Positions 1-9,729 of a DNA stretch of 64,000 nucleotides are shown one piece after another (positions within the stretch are counted from its first letter, which is position 1; the number at the start of each line of letters is the position of its first letter). Under the pieces are notes generated by a model. That model had not been told where the DNA came from. It did not search any database and was given only the letters and a program-made list of their open reading frames with translations. The DNA comes from Alphaproteobacteria bacterium (lineage in GTDB: Bacteria; Pseudomonadota; Alphaproteobacteria; SP197). Location of the stretch: assembly GCA_964291415.2 (NCBI GenBank), contig OZ219920.1, positions 608,001 through 672,000 on the forward strand. The letters are read 5' to 3'. The position numbers were made by a program, and so were the translations under genes.

Positions 1-500
1 ATTCCAGGAAATGCGCGACACACTTCAGGAATGGTTCCCCGCTTCCCATGTTCGTGGCGCGTTGTAGTTCGCGGCCCGAAATCGAGCGACGCCCATTTGA
101 CGATCACATCCTCGGTCACTCCTTCACTCGAACCGGGCGACCGGCGAGCCGTCCCGTAAGGCTTTACCGTCACGGAGAAAGCGACGTCGGTGGCAGACTC
201 CAGAGCCTCTCAAGGCGGGACGTTGCACACGAAGCACATTGCGCTGCACGAACTGCTCGAACGCACAGAGGATTGGGTACTCCCTGCCTTCTCCGTCGAA
301 TTGCAATCCATGAACATGCGAATTGGCTGTTCCGACGGATGCGCGTAGTTGAATGGTCCATCAAGACAGATTCGACACGCAAGAAGGAAGAGATCGCACA
401 GTCTCTCCGCAAAAGCGAGAAAAAGTGACTCAAGACACTCACTCACGGTGCCGTCCCTCCATCACAAAGCGGAACCGCCTGCTTTAGTGGCACAGCACTC

Positions 501-728
501 TCATGAAGCCGCGAGGTCTTTCAGGCGCCGCGTCTCATGATCCAGCACGCTCTCGACTTGCCAGCGCTCAACTCCGGGAAACCAGTCGCGGAACTGCTCG
601 ATTGTTGCGCCATCCCTGAGGTTTTCGATCAGCGAGGAAACCGGCACGCGGGATCCTCGAAACAGCCACGCTCCGCTGACCTTCTCGGGATCTCGTTCGA
701 CAGCTGGACAGTGATCCCACGACATCAT
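501..728 (-). CDS. DUF433 family protein (putative antitoxin)
   Basis: 75 aa with the DUF433-type pattern VERDPEKVSGAWLFRGSRVPV...IENLRDGATIEQFRDWFPGV. Its stop overlaps an ATG (ATGA) that opens MRVL before breaking off. Confidence 0.85.
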   Translation of the reverse strand: MMSWDHCPAVERDPEKVSGAWLFRGSRVPVSSLIENLRDGATIEQFRDWFPGVERWQVESVLDHETRRLKDLAAS

Positions 729-1512
729 CGTTCTTCCTTACCTTGCTCTTTCGCGCACTTTCGCGCGATGGGACCGCGTCAGGGTGCTACAGCCCTGGAC
801 AAGTTGAGAACCGGGAGTACGTCTGCAGAGCCAATCGCACCAGAGCGCATGGTTCTCCGGTGATGCACCCGGAGGATCAAACTTGGCAAATCGACCTGAG
901 CCCTTTTTGCTGGCAACTACAGTTGGAATTAAGAGGCCATATCACTCTGTCGGAAGAAGTTGTGGAATCCCCTGGGACAGATTGGACACCTCCTCCATCG
1001 GACGCGACCTCCTTAACGGCGATTGCGTTCCTCGACGCCCGCTCATCATTCACATGTGTGATGAGACCATCAGCAGTCACATGTTCTGCTCGTATCAGGC
1101 TCTTCTGATGCAGAAGGAGCCGTTCCTGCGTGACTTGAGAGCAGGGATCGAGATGGAGCGAGCCGGCGTTCTGCGCGAGTTCGACGCGCTCGCCGAGATC
1201 GAGAAAAGCGGCAAGCGTTGCCTTGTGTACTTCTCGGTCAGGGGCATCACGATTGCCGGAAACATCGGTCTGGAGTTGCTGCCGAACGAGACGCTTCGCA
1301 TCACAAGTGCGGTCAGATCATGTCCGTCGAGCTATTAGGGGCAGGAATCGGCAGCGCCGATGACCTGGATCGGGCGTGATGACATCGAATGAGGTTTCCG
1401 CTGACAGTGGTGGGAGGTGTGCCTGAAGTCTCGACCTGATGGTGCGCCGTGTGGCGACGCTACGTCGAGGTGCCACCGTCAACGAAACCAAGGAAGGACG
1501 GAAGCGACCGGA

Positions 1513-2447
1513 TCAGGGAGCGAAGCGGTTTGCTGAGCTTTCTCTTGGCACGATGCGACTGAAGAGCGGACCGCGGAAACGGTCCAGGACGAAGGGTTGA
1601 AGAGCGATCGCCGGAGTTCTCTCCGCCACCAGTTCGGCGATGATGGCCCCGGTTCCGGCTGCGCCGATCATGCCCTGATGGCCATGTCCGAAGGCAAACA
1701 GGATCTGCGGGTGCCATGGCGCACGGCCCAGAACGGGAAGACGGTCAGGGGTGCAAGGCCTTTCTCCCGTCCAGACGGTTCGCCGAGCGAAGGCAAGGCG
1801 TTCAGAGCATCGTTGCGACGACGGTTCGCCGGTTGACCTGGGCGGGCGAATTCGACGGTGTGGCCTGTGCGGATCCCCATCGCCATGGGCGCGATGCTTG
1901 CCGCTGGATCGACCGGCATGACGACGGTGTTGCGTGCGATTTCGGGTTCCTCGAATGTCACATGGCAGCTTCGCTGCGACACCAGGGGTGCCCTGTAGTC
2001 CGGGTCCGCGAGAAGACGGCCCGACCACACGCTCGCGGCGACAACGGCCATGTCATGGCAGCGGATTGTTCCACCGGCTTCGATCAATGCCTGACCGTCG
2101 ACCGCCAGCTGGCTTACGTCCCTGATCACCAGTTTTCCACCGTTGCCGGAGAAGTGATCGGCAAGGCTGGAGACCAGGCGATAGGGGTCTGTCGCGCGGG
2201 CTGTTTCGGGAAGAAACACGCCATGCGCGATCTCTCGCGACAGGGCCGGCTCAAGGCCCCGCAGGTCCTGGGCCCCGAGGCATTCGACAGTGTGGCCCGA
2301 GAGCCTGCACATTTCCGTGGCGAGGCCGTTGTGAAGCCTTTCCGCATGCCCTTGTTCACCACCAGGGCCTCCAGGCCCGCTTCCCCCAAGAGCGGCCTCG
2401 GCAGTGTGAGTGTCGGACCTCGCCTCTTGGCCCCACGCTGAGCGCAA
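1513..2447 (-). pseudogene. DadA-like FAD-dependent (D-amino acid) oxidoreductase, fragmented
   Basis: Central part (LRGLEPALS...GVFLPETARATDPYRLV) is in 1668..2447. The C-terminal motif WTGERPCTPDRLPVLG...FAFGHGHQG is in another frame (1513..~1775). No N-terminal GxGxxG region is visible. Confidence 0.75.
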
Positions 2448-2545
2448 GGCCCCGGCCCGCCACGGTCACACCCGTGTGATTTCGTTGACTCGCGGACGGG
2501 AGTCTGCCACCTTGTCGTCATTATTCATGGAAAAATGACGACAAG

Positions 2546-3707
2546 GTGGCACGAAACTCATACCCCCGACTGATTTCTGCGCCCGGACAGAGCTTCTTCC
2601 TGCTCGGTCTGCGCGGGGTCGGCAAGAGCACCTGGGCGCGAAGGCAGTTCCCCGATGCCCTTCACATCGATCTCCTCGACGAGGCCCGCTATCAGGATTA
2701 TCTCGCCGATCCATCCATCTTCGCCCTCGATCTGCAGGATGCGGAACCCGGCAGCTGGGTGGTGGTCGACGAAATCCAGCGCCTCCCCAATCTCCTCAAC
2801 GAGGTGCATCGTCATATCGAAGCGCGTCACAGTCAACTTCGCTCTCCTTGGGTCGAGTGCACGCAAGCTCAAGGCGGCCGGTGTCAACCTGCTTGCTGGC
2901 CGGGCATTGCACCTGACCATGCATCCCCTGGCTCCTGGTGAACTCGGCGATGACTTCGATCTCGATGCCGCGCTCGATACGGGGACCATCCCTCTGGTGT
3001 GGGTTGCGGACGACAGGCGTGCGGTGCTCGAGAGCTACGCCCGATTCTACCTCCGCGAAGAGATTCGTGCCGAGGGACTCGTCAGGAACCTGCCGGGATT
3101 TGCACGATTCCTGCCCGTCGCCGCCCTCTGTCACGGCGAGGTCGTCAATGTCTCGAGCCTTGCGCGTGACTGTGGCGTCGCTCGGACCACCGTCGAGGGC
3201 TATCTGGACATCCTGGAAGACACACTGGTTGTCTTTCGACTACCCGCCTTCCAGCCGCGCTTGCGGGCTCGGGAACGTCGCCATCCGAAGCTCTTCTGGG
3301 CCGATCCGGGCTTGGTGCGGGCGGTCAAGAAACTCCATGGACCGATTGCGCCCGAAGAGCGCGGCACACTCCTTGACGGCTGGATCCTGCATCTGCTGCG
3401 GGCCCACGGGGAGGAGGGGGGACTGTTCGAGGACTTGCACTACTGGGCGCCGCATTCCGGAGGACGGACAGAAGTGGATTTCCTGCTTCGGCGGGGCAAC
3501 GAGTTCGTGGCGATCGAGGTCAAATCCCGGCCTCGCTATCACACCGGCATGCTGCCAGGGTTGCGAGCGGTTGATGCACTTGCGGGCGTGGTGCGGCGTG
3601 TCCTCGTCTACGGTGGCAAGAGGTCCTTCCGGACGGCAGACGGAATCGACGTGTGGACCCTTGACCGGCTGCACCACGCGCTCGCCGGGAACACCATATG
3701 GCCATGA
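2546..3707 (+). pseudogene. AAA_14 ATPase with DUF4143 C-terminal domain, single +1 frameshift near 2831
   Basis: Walker A GLRGVGKST and Walker B VVVDEIQ in ORF 2546..2941. It continues as FALLGSSA...HPKLFWADPG...EVDFLL...AIEVKS in ORF 2655..3707. Confidence 0.85.
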
Positions 3708-3874
3708 GTACACAACCATCGCGGTTGAACGTGAAGCGGGTCGGGCGCCACGACAGCCACATTTTCGGTGTGGGCAGGCGCCATCCCTGAGCGCGCCGCG
3801 CCCGACGCCATCCGTTCCTGCGCGGCGGCGGGTGCCCGGCCCGGGGGCCGCAGTGTTCAGCCGTGCCGGGCTTT

Positions 3875-5280
3875 CCGGATCACCCCTACCAGCGCATGGA
3901 AGCGGTGATCCCGACCCGGTGCTCCGCCGACCTGTCGTCGTCCGCAGGCTCCCAGCGCGTCGCCTCGAAGCCGACGTGGAACGACACACGCTCCGTCTCC
4001 GCGAGACCCAGCGTCCACCCAAGGCGCCAGTCGTGGCCGGCATCGGAGAGACCCAGACCCAGTTCCGGCGTCCCCGTGACGTGACCGCCCAGGAGCGCCA
4101 TGCCGTAGCCCACGCGCGCCTCCAGACGACCGCTCTCCTGCCCGGAGGACGCCCCCGGGCCGATGCCGGTCTGCCACAGCCGGTCGACGGCGCTCGCCGC
4201 CTGGCCCCACGCCGGACGCACGCTGAGCGCAAGGCCCCGGCCCGCGGCGCCCGGATCAAGACGCACCAGGCCGCTCACGCCCCATTCCTCGTAGTCGCCG
4301 CCTTGGCCGACCAGCGTCCGCGCCCGGCCCTCCACGGTCAGACCCGTCGCCTCGTCCGCATAGCCGATGCCGCCCCCGGCCTCGATGCCGCTGCCGGTCT
4401 CGCCGTCGCCCACGTCGTTCCTCATGCCGACCTCGAGGGAAGGCGTGACGAGCGCTCCCGACGCCAGGCGCCGGGTGTGGCTCCCCTCGACCATCAATCG
4501 ATGACGGCCGGCCTCCAGCTCCAGCGCCGCGATGCCGCCCGAGCCGTCCACCTCGGTCTCCGTGAAGGCCGCATCACCCCTGACCCGAAGGCGCGTCGTG
4601 CCGCCCGCGATCAGCTCGTCGCTGGTCATCAGCGTCCCGCTCAGGCCCGCCGCCGCCATCCGCTGCGTCAGGTCGCTCGACTGCGTGCCCGCCGCCTCCT
4701 CGATCTCGACCTCGCCCCAGCCCTGGCCCGCCATCGCCCACAGGCTCATGCCGCCGGGAGCCTGCCAGCCCACGTAGGGGGCAACGCTCGTCACCGTCGC
4801 CGTGAACTCGCCCGCCGAGGCGCCGGTGTAGTCCACCGCGCCCCGCGAGCGGCCCAGCGACACGCCCGCCAGCAGCTCCGCGCTCAGCCGGGTGTCGACC
4901 CCCAGGTTCGCGCTCAGGACGCTGCCGTCGTAGTCGACGCTTTGCGGGTTGCCGCCGGAGATCTTGCGCCAGTCCCCGCTTCCCCACAGCGTCAGGTTGC
5001 CGAGCGGACCCGTGTCCGCGGATCCGGCCGCACCGAGCGGCAACACGAAGGACGAGCCTGCGAGCAGCCGGCCGGGATCGAAGGTGCCGTTGGCCAGCGC
5101 CTGTCCGTTGGCCATCAGCACATCCTCGAGCGTCGAGGCGCCGCCCAGGCTCATCTCCTGCGACGCCGCCTCTCCGGAACCCGCCTGATCGATGCGGCGC
5201 GAGACCGCATCCACCGTGCTCGCCGTCATCGCACGCATCACCTGGGGAAGAATGGTCTCGATCACCGCGTTGGGATCGCC
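3875..5280. repeat. ~1.4 kb direct repeat, copy 1 (autotransporter linker plus barrel)
   Basis: Matches 6824..8229 at offset 2949. I spotted only one difference, synonymous (GGATCC near 5023 vs GGACCC near 7972). Confidence 0.95.
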
Positions 5281-6501
5281 TGCGACCGGAGCCTGAGCCG
5301 CGGTTCCGTAGAAACCCGATCCGACGATGATGTTGACCGGGATGACGCTTCCGTCCGTTCTCTGGATCTGGCTGCTGAACTGTCTCGCATATCCCACCTT
5401 GGGGATGTCGGCGCTGTCGGTGTCGTCGGTGGGATCGTCGAAGTAGTACTCCACGAAGCCGCCGTCCGGACTGCTCTTCGCCGCCTCGATGACCTGCGGC
5501 AGAATCAACTCTCCGGTCACGACGTCACGAACGGTCGGCACCAGGGGCCGACTCTCGTACCTGTCCGGGAACGCTGCGTGAAACGTGATGATGTTGGTGA
5601 CAGTGTCCAGGACGTAGAGATACACGGAGCCGTGCCTCCAGGGCCCGTTGGGATCCCGCAAGGCGATCCTGGCCTGAGAGGCCGCGGCCGTATCCCCGGA
5701 CTTCTGGATTTCAATCATGTAGTGTCCTGCCTGCGTGACGAACTCTTTCAGGGTCTCTCGGTCCATCACCTCACGGGCCGTGATGGTCGGGTCGCCGTAG
5801 TTGATGGTCTCGGCGCTGATGGGAACCAGGTGAGACTCGCCGAGGTCGAACCCGGTGAGCAGCACGATCGGAGCCCGGAAATTGGGCGAGACATAGACGC
5901 TGGCGTAGCCGGAAGCACCGGGTATGCCTGGCCGCAGACCCGGTACGGGAGTGGTGGCATCGAAATCCCCGTCCGGTTCCTGCGACAATGTGGCGAAGAC
6001 CGCGGCGAAAGCGCTGTCGCGCGTGTCAGGATCGGGAGAGGCCAGGTTGGCCAGAGCTGCCGGGTCGACGCCCAGCGCCACAAGGATCTCCGCGTAAATC
6101 GCGGGGTTGAGGAGTCTGCCCGCGAGGGACATGTCCTTGGCGTGAATGAGAACCCGGCCGTCCGGCGTCAGGCTCACGATGTAGGTGGAACCCGAACGCC
6201 AGACACTTTCCTCCTGCCTTATGAGACATCCGATATGCAGCCCCTGCTCCACGGTCGTGGCCGCTCTGGCATATTCCCTGGACCGATCCCTCACGGAGAG
6301 AGCGAACTCCCTCAGGGAACCGGTGCCGTTTTCAACCTCTTGCGCCGTCACGGTCGGGTCCGCGGGCGGCGTCACGCCGGGAGGAAGCGGACAGGCCTCC
6401 TGGGCCAGCGCCGGCCGCGTCCCGGCAAGGAGGCAGACCAGCATGAGGACGCACAGGACGACGGATGCCGGTCCCCAGGTTTTCCACGCGGCGGTATTCA
6501 T
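3886..6501 (-). CDS. Autotransporter (type Va) with Cache-like passenger domains, copy 1
   Basis: Signal peptide ending PALA|QE. Passenger has sCache_2-like motifs (YLYVLD...FH...GGFVEYYF...PKVGYA). The C-terminal amphipathic beta-barrel ends in W. Start at ATG 6501 chosen from the AAGGAG RBS and the paralog alignment. Confidence 0.8.
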   Translation of the reverse strand: MNTAAWKTWGPASVVLCVLMLVCLLAGTRPALAQEACPLPPGVTPPADPTVTAQEVENGTGSLREFALSVRDRSREYARAATTVEQGLHIGCLIRQEESVWRSGSTYIVSLTPDGRVLIHAKDMSLAGRLLNPAIYAEILVALGVDPAALANLASPDPDTRDSAFAAVFATLSQEPDGDFDATTPVPGLRPGIPGASGYASVYVSPNFRAPIVLLTGFDLGESHLVPISAETINYGDPTITAREVMDRETLKEFVTQAGHYMIEIQKSGDTAAASQARIALRDPNGPWRHGSVYLYVLDTVTNIITFHAAFPDRYESRPLVPTVRDVVTGELILPQVIEAAKSSPDGGFVEYYFDDPTDDTDSADIPKVGYARQFSSQIQRTDGSVIPVNIIVGSGFYGTAAQAPVAGDPNAVIETILPQVMRAMTASTVDAVSRRIDQAGSGEAASQEMSLGGASTLEDVLMANGQALANGTFDPGRLLAGSSFVLPLGAAGSADTGPLGNLTLWGSGDWRKISGGNPQSVDYDGSVLSANLGVDTRLSAELLAGVSLGRSRGAVDYTGASAGEFTATVTSVAPYVGWQAPGGMSLWAMAGQGWGEVEIEEAAGTQSSDLTQRMAAAGLSGTLMTSDELIAGGTTRLRVRGDAAFTETEVDGSGGIAALELEAGRHRLMVEGSHTRRLASGALVTPSLEVGMRNDVGDGETGSGIEAGGGIGYADEATGLTVEGRARTLVGQGGDYEEWGVSGLVRLDPGAAGRGLALSVRPAWGQAASAVDRLWQTGIGPGASSGQESGRLEARVGYGMALLGGHVTGTPELGLGLSDAGHDWRLGWTLGLAETERVSFHVGFEATRWEPADDDRSAEHRVGITASMRW

Positions 6502-6528
6502 CTGGCGCACTCCTTGCCTGGCAAGAGG

Positions 6529-6558
6529 AGCATACTGATCCAAGCACCGGATTGTGAA
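6529..6558 (-). promoter_or_regulatory. Putative sigma70 promoter TTCACA-N18-TATGCT
   Basis: Both hexamers and their spacing are conserved upstream of both autotransporters, while part of the spacer differs. Confidence 0.55.
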
Positions 6559-6823
6559 GCGTCAAACTGAACGGCCGGGCCGTGTCCTGTGCCGAATGAC
6601 GTGTTGTCCGTGTGCGAGGGTCACGAGCCCGGCGCCGGAGGTCGGCGCTGTCGGGTTCGAAAGGCGGAGAGCCGGAAATGCGGTCATGGAGGCCGGACTG
6701 AAGCCCGGAAGGAACGCGACAGACCGGCCACCGGATTCTGACGTTGGCGCGCTCGTCGACCGCCGGTTCCGCGGCGGCGGGGACCCGGCCCAGGGGCCGC
6801 AGTGTTCAGCCGCGCCGGGTTCC

Positions 6824-8229
6824 CCGGATCACCCCTACCAGCGCATGGAAGCGGTGATCCCGACCCGGTGCTCCGCCGACCTGTCGTCGTCCGCAGGCTC
6901 CCAGCGCGTCGCCTCGAAGCCGACGTGGAACGACACACGCTCCGTCTCCGCGAGACCCAGCGTCCACCCAAGGCGCCAGTCGTGGCCGGCATCGGAGAGA
7001 CCCAGACCCAGTTCCGGCGTCCCCGTGACGTGACCGCCCAGGAGCGCCATGCCGTAGCCCACGCGCGCCTCCAGACGACCGCTCTCCTGCCCGGAGGACG
7101 CCCCCGGGCCGATGCCGGTCTGCCACAGCCGGTCGACGGCGCTCGCCGCCTGGCCCCACGCCGGACGCACGCTGAGCGCAAGGCCCCGGCCCGCGGCGCC
7201 CGGATCAAGACGCACCAGGCCGCTCACGCCCCATTCCTCGTAGTCGCCGCCTTGGCCGACCAGCGTCCGCGCCCGGCCCTCCACGGTCAGACCCGTCGCC
7301 TCGTCCGCATAGCCGATGCCGCCCCCGGCCTCGATGCCGCTGCCGGTCTCGCCGTCGCCCACGTCGTTCCTCATGCCGACCTCGAGGGAAGGCGTGACGA
7401 GCGCTCCCGACGCCAGGCGCCGGGTGTGGCTCCCCTCGACCATCAATCGATGACGGCCGGCCTCCAGCTCCAGCGCCGCGATGCCGCCCGAGCCGTCCAC
7501 CTCGGTCTCCGTGAAGGCCGCATCACCCCTGACCCGAAGGCGCGTCGTGCCGCCCGCGATCAGCTCGTCGCTGGTCATCAGCGTCCCGCTCAGGCCCGCC
7601 GCCGCCATCCGCTGCGTCAGGTCGCTCGACTGCGTGCCCGCCGCCTCCTCGATCTCGACCTCGCCCCAGCCCTGGCCCGCCATCGCCCACAGGCTCATGC
7701 CGCCGGGAGCCTGCCAGCCCACGTAGGGGGCAACGCTCGTCACCGTCGCCGTGAACTCGCCCGCCGAGGCGCCGGTGTAGTCCACCGCGCCCCGCGAGCG
7801 GCCCAGCGACACGCCCGCCAGCAGCTCCGCGCTCAGCCGGGTGTCGACCCCCAGGTTCGCGCTCAGGACGCTGCCGTCGTAGTCGACGCTTTGCGGGTTG
7901 CCGCCGGAGATCTTGCGCCAGTCCCCGCTTCCCCACAGCGTCAGGTTGCCGAGCGGACCCGTGTCCGCGGACCCGGCCGCACCGAGCGGCAACACGAAGG
8001 ACGAGCCTGCGAGCAGCCGGCCGGGATCGAAGGTGCCGTTGGCCAGCGCCTGTCCGTTGGCCATCAGCACATCCTCGAGCGTCGAGGCGCCGCCCAGGCT
8101 CATCTCCTGCGACGCCGCCTCTCCGGAACCCGCCTGATCGATGCGGCGCGAGACCGCATCCACCGTGCTCGCCGTCATCGCACGCATCACCTGGGGAAGA
8201 ATGGTCTCGATCACCGCGTTGGGATCGCC
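6824..8229. repeat. ~1.4 kb direct repeat, copy 2
   Basis: Near-identical to 3875..5280. Confidence 0.95.
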
Positions 8230-9381
8230 CGCCACGGCCTCAGGCGCCCTCAGGTAAACGCCCGAACCAATGATGAGGTTGGTGGTGATCTCGGCCCCGG
8301 TACTCGTGGTGATCGTTCTGGCGAACTGCCTCGCATAGCCCAGTTTGGGGATGTCGGCGCTGTCGGTGTCGTCGGTGGGATCGTCGAAGTAGTACTCCAC
8401 GAAACCGCCGTCCGGGTTGCTGGTTGCCGCCTGGATGACCTGCGGCAGGACGAACTCTCCCGTCACGATGTCCTTCACGGTTGGCACCAGGGGCTTGAGC
8501 TCGAACCTGTCGGGAAATGCTCCGTGAAACAGGATGACGTTGGAGGTCCGATCCAGAATGTAGAGATACACGGAGCCGTGCCTCCAGGGCCCGTTCGGAT
8601 CTCTGAGCGCAAGCCTGGCCCTGGCGAAGGCAGCCCTGGATTCCGCGGTCGATGTCACGCCTCTCTGAGTGCCGATGAGGAACTTCAACGCTTCCGTGAC
8701 GAAGGCCTTCAGACTCTCCCGGTCCACCACCTCACTGGCCGTGATGGCCGGATTGCCATAATCGATGGTCTCTTCGGTCAGATGAGAGGCGGTGAGGTCG
8801 AATCCGGCGAGCAGCACAATCGGGCGCCCCGAGTTGACCGAGACATAGACAGCCGCATAGCCAGAGGCGCCCGGAACGTTGGGCACGCTGAACGAGGCGC
8901 CGGTCCTGGCTCCGGGGGACGTGGCCGTCGCAGGGTTGGTCGGGTCGATTCCCAATGCTCGAAGGATCACTCCGTAGATTCGGGGGTCGAGCTTTCCGGC
9001 TGAAAGGGACATGTCCTTGGCATGGAGAAACACCCGTCCATCGAGCGTCAGCGTCACGATGTACGTGGAGCCGGAACGCCACGGACCGTCTTCCAGTCGA
9101 AGCCGGCATCCCGAGTATGCAAGCTGTTGCGCGGTCAGCGTTTCGGAGCCTCTGCGCTCGAACTGCGCTGTCGCGGCCTGCGCGAACTGCGCCAGTGTGG
9201 CGGTGCCGTCTTCCACATCCTGCGCCGTCACGGGCGGGTCCGCGGGCGGCGTCTCGCCAGCGGGAAGCGGACACGCCTCCTGCGCCCGGGCCGAACGCGC
9301 GTCGGTCACGATGCCGGCCAGCATCACAAGGCAAAATGCAACAGCAACCGATGCCCTGATCTTCCACGCTCCGGTATTCAT
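6835..9381 (-). CDS. Autotransporter (type Va) with Cache-like passenger domains, copy 2
   Basis: Signal peptide ending SARA|QE. Same architecture as copy 1, with identical C-terminal ~465 aa and a divergent passenger. Confidence 0.8.
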   Translation of the reverse strand: MNTGAWKIRASVAVAFCLVMLAGIVTDARSARAQEACPLPAGETPPADPPVTAQDVEDGTATLAQFAQAATAQFERRGSETLTAQQLAYSGCRLRLEDGPWRSGSTYIVTLTLDGRVFLHAKDMSLSAGKLDPRIYGVILRALGIDPTNPATATSPGARTGASFSVPNVPGASGYAAVYVSVNSGRPIVLLAGFDLTASHLTEETIDYGNPAITASEVVDRESLKAFVTEALKFLIGTQRGVTSTAESRAAFARARLALRDPNGPWRHGSVYLYILDRTSNVILFHGAFPDRFELKPLVPTVKDIVTGEFVLPQVIQAATSNPDGGFVEYYFDDPTDDTDSADIPKLGYARQFARTITTSTGAEITTNLIIGSGVYLRAPEAVAGDPNAVIETILPQVMRAMTASTVDAVSRRIDQAGSGEAASQEMSLGGASTLEDVLMANGQALANGTFDPGRLLAGSSFVLPLGAAGSADTGPLGNLTLWGSGDWRKISGGNPQSVDYDGSVLSANLGVDTRLSAELLAGVSLGRSRGAVDYTGASAGEFTATVTSVAPYVGWQAPGGMSLWAMAGQGWGEVEIEEAAGTQSSDLTQRMAAAGLSGTLMTSDELIAGGTTRLRVRGDAAFTETEVDGSGGIAALELEAGRHRLMVEGSHTRRLASGALVTPSLEVGMRNDVGDGETGSGIEAGGGIGYADEATGLTVEGRARTLVGQGGDYEEWGVSGLVRLDPGAAGRGLALSVRPAWGQAASAVDRLWQTGIGPGASSGQESGRLEARVGYGMALLGGHVTGTPELGLGLSDAGHDWRLGWTLGLAETERVSFHVGFEATRWEPADDDRSAEHRVGITASMRW

Positions 9382-9408
9382 TCGGCACCCTCCCTGCCTG
9401 GCGAGACA

Positions 9409-9438
9409 AGCATACTAATTCGTGCGCCGGATTGTGAA
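9409..9438 (-). promoter_or_regulatory. Putative sigma70 promoter TTCACA-N18-TATGCT
   Basis: Same motif as 6529..6558, followed by a GGGAGG RBS. Confidence 0.55.
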
Positions 9439-9729
9439 GTGTCAAGCTGGGGACAGTCGGGCCGCGCCTGCGGGGTTCCGAGGGAGCACTGTTCGACCTG
9501 ATTCCGTGTCTCTCGTGGTCACAACGACGAGGACCGCCCGGTCGCGAATGCCAGCAAGCTCGCCCGCCGCCAGAATCCTCACGCTCCGCCGTTGTCCGGG
9601 ATCATGGATTGGACCATGATTGCGCGCCTGCTCCGGTGTTCGGAACGAAAGGGTGGTGTGGCGATGCATGCTCGACTTCTGGCCATGGTTGGTGCCGTTC
9701 TCCCGGGTGACGGGTGAGCCACCGGTGTC

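Noticed and set aside
883-1338. 151 aa ORF whose 3' half (MQKEPFLRD...) looks protein-like
   Set aside because: No recognisable family and no clear RBS. May be a gene fragment.
2938-6570. 1210 aa plus-strand ORF (and 6802..9003)
   Set aside because: Antisense shadows of the autotransporters in high-GC DNA. Arg/Ala/Pro-rich with no motifs.
3875-8229. DGR template/variable repeat pair
   Set aside because: No reverse transcriptase in the window, the repeat is far too long, and there is no adenine-specific mismatch pattern.
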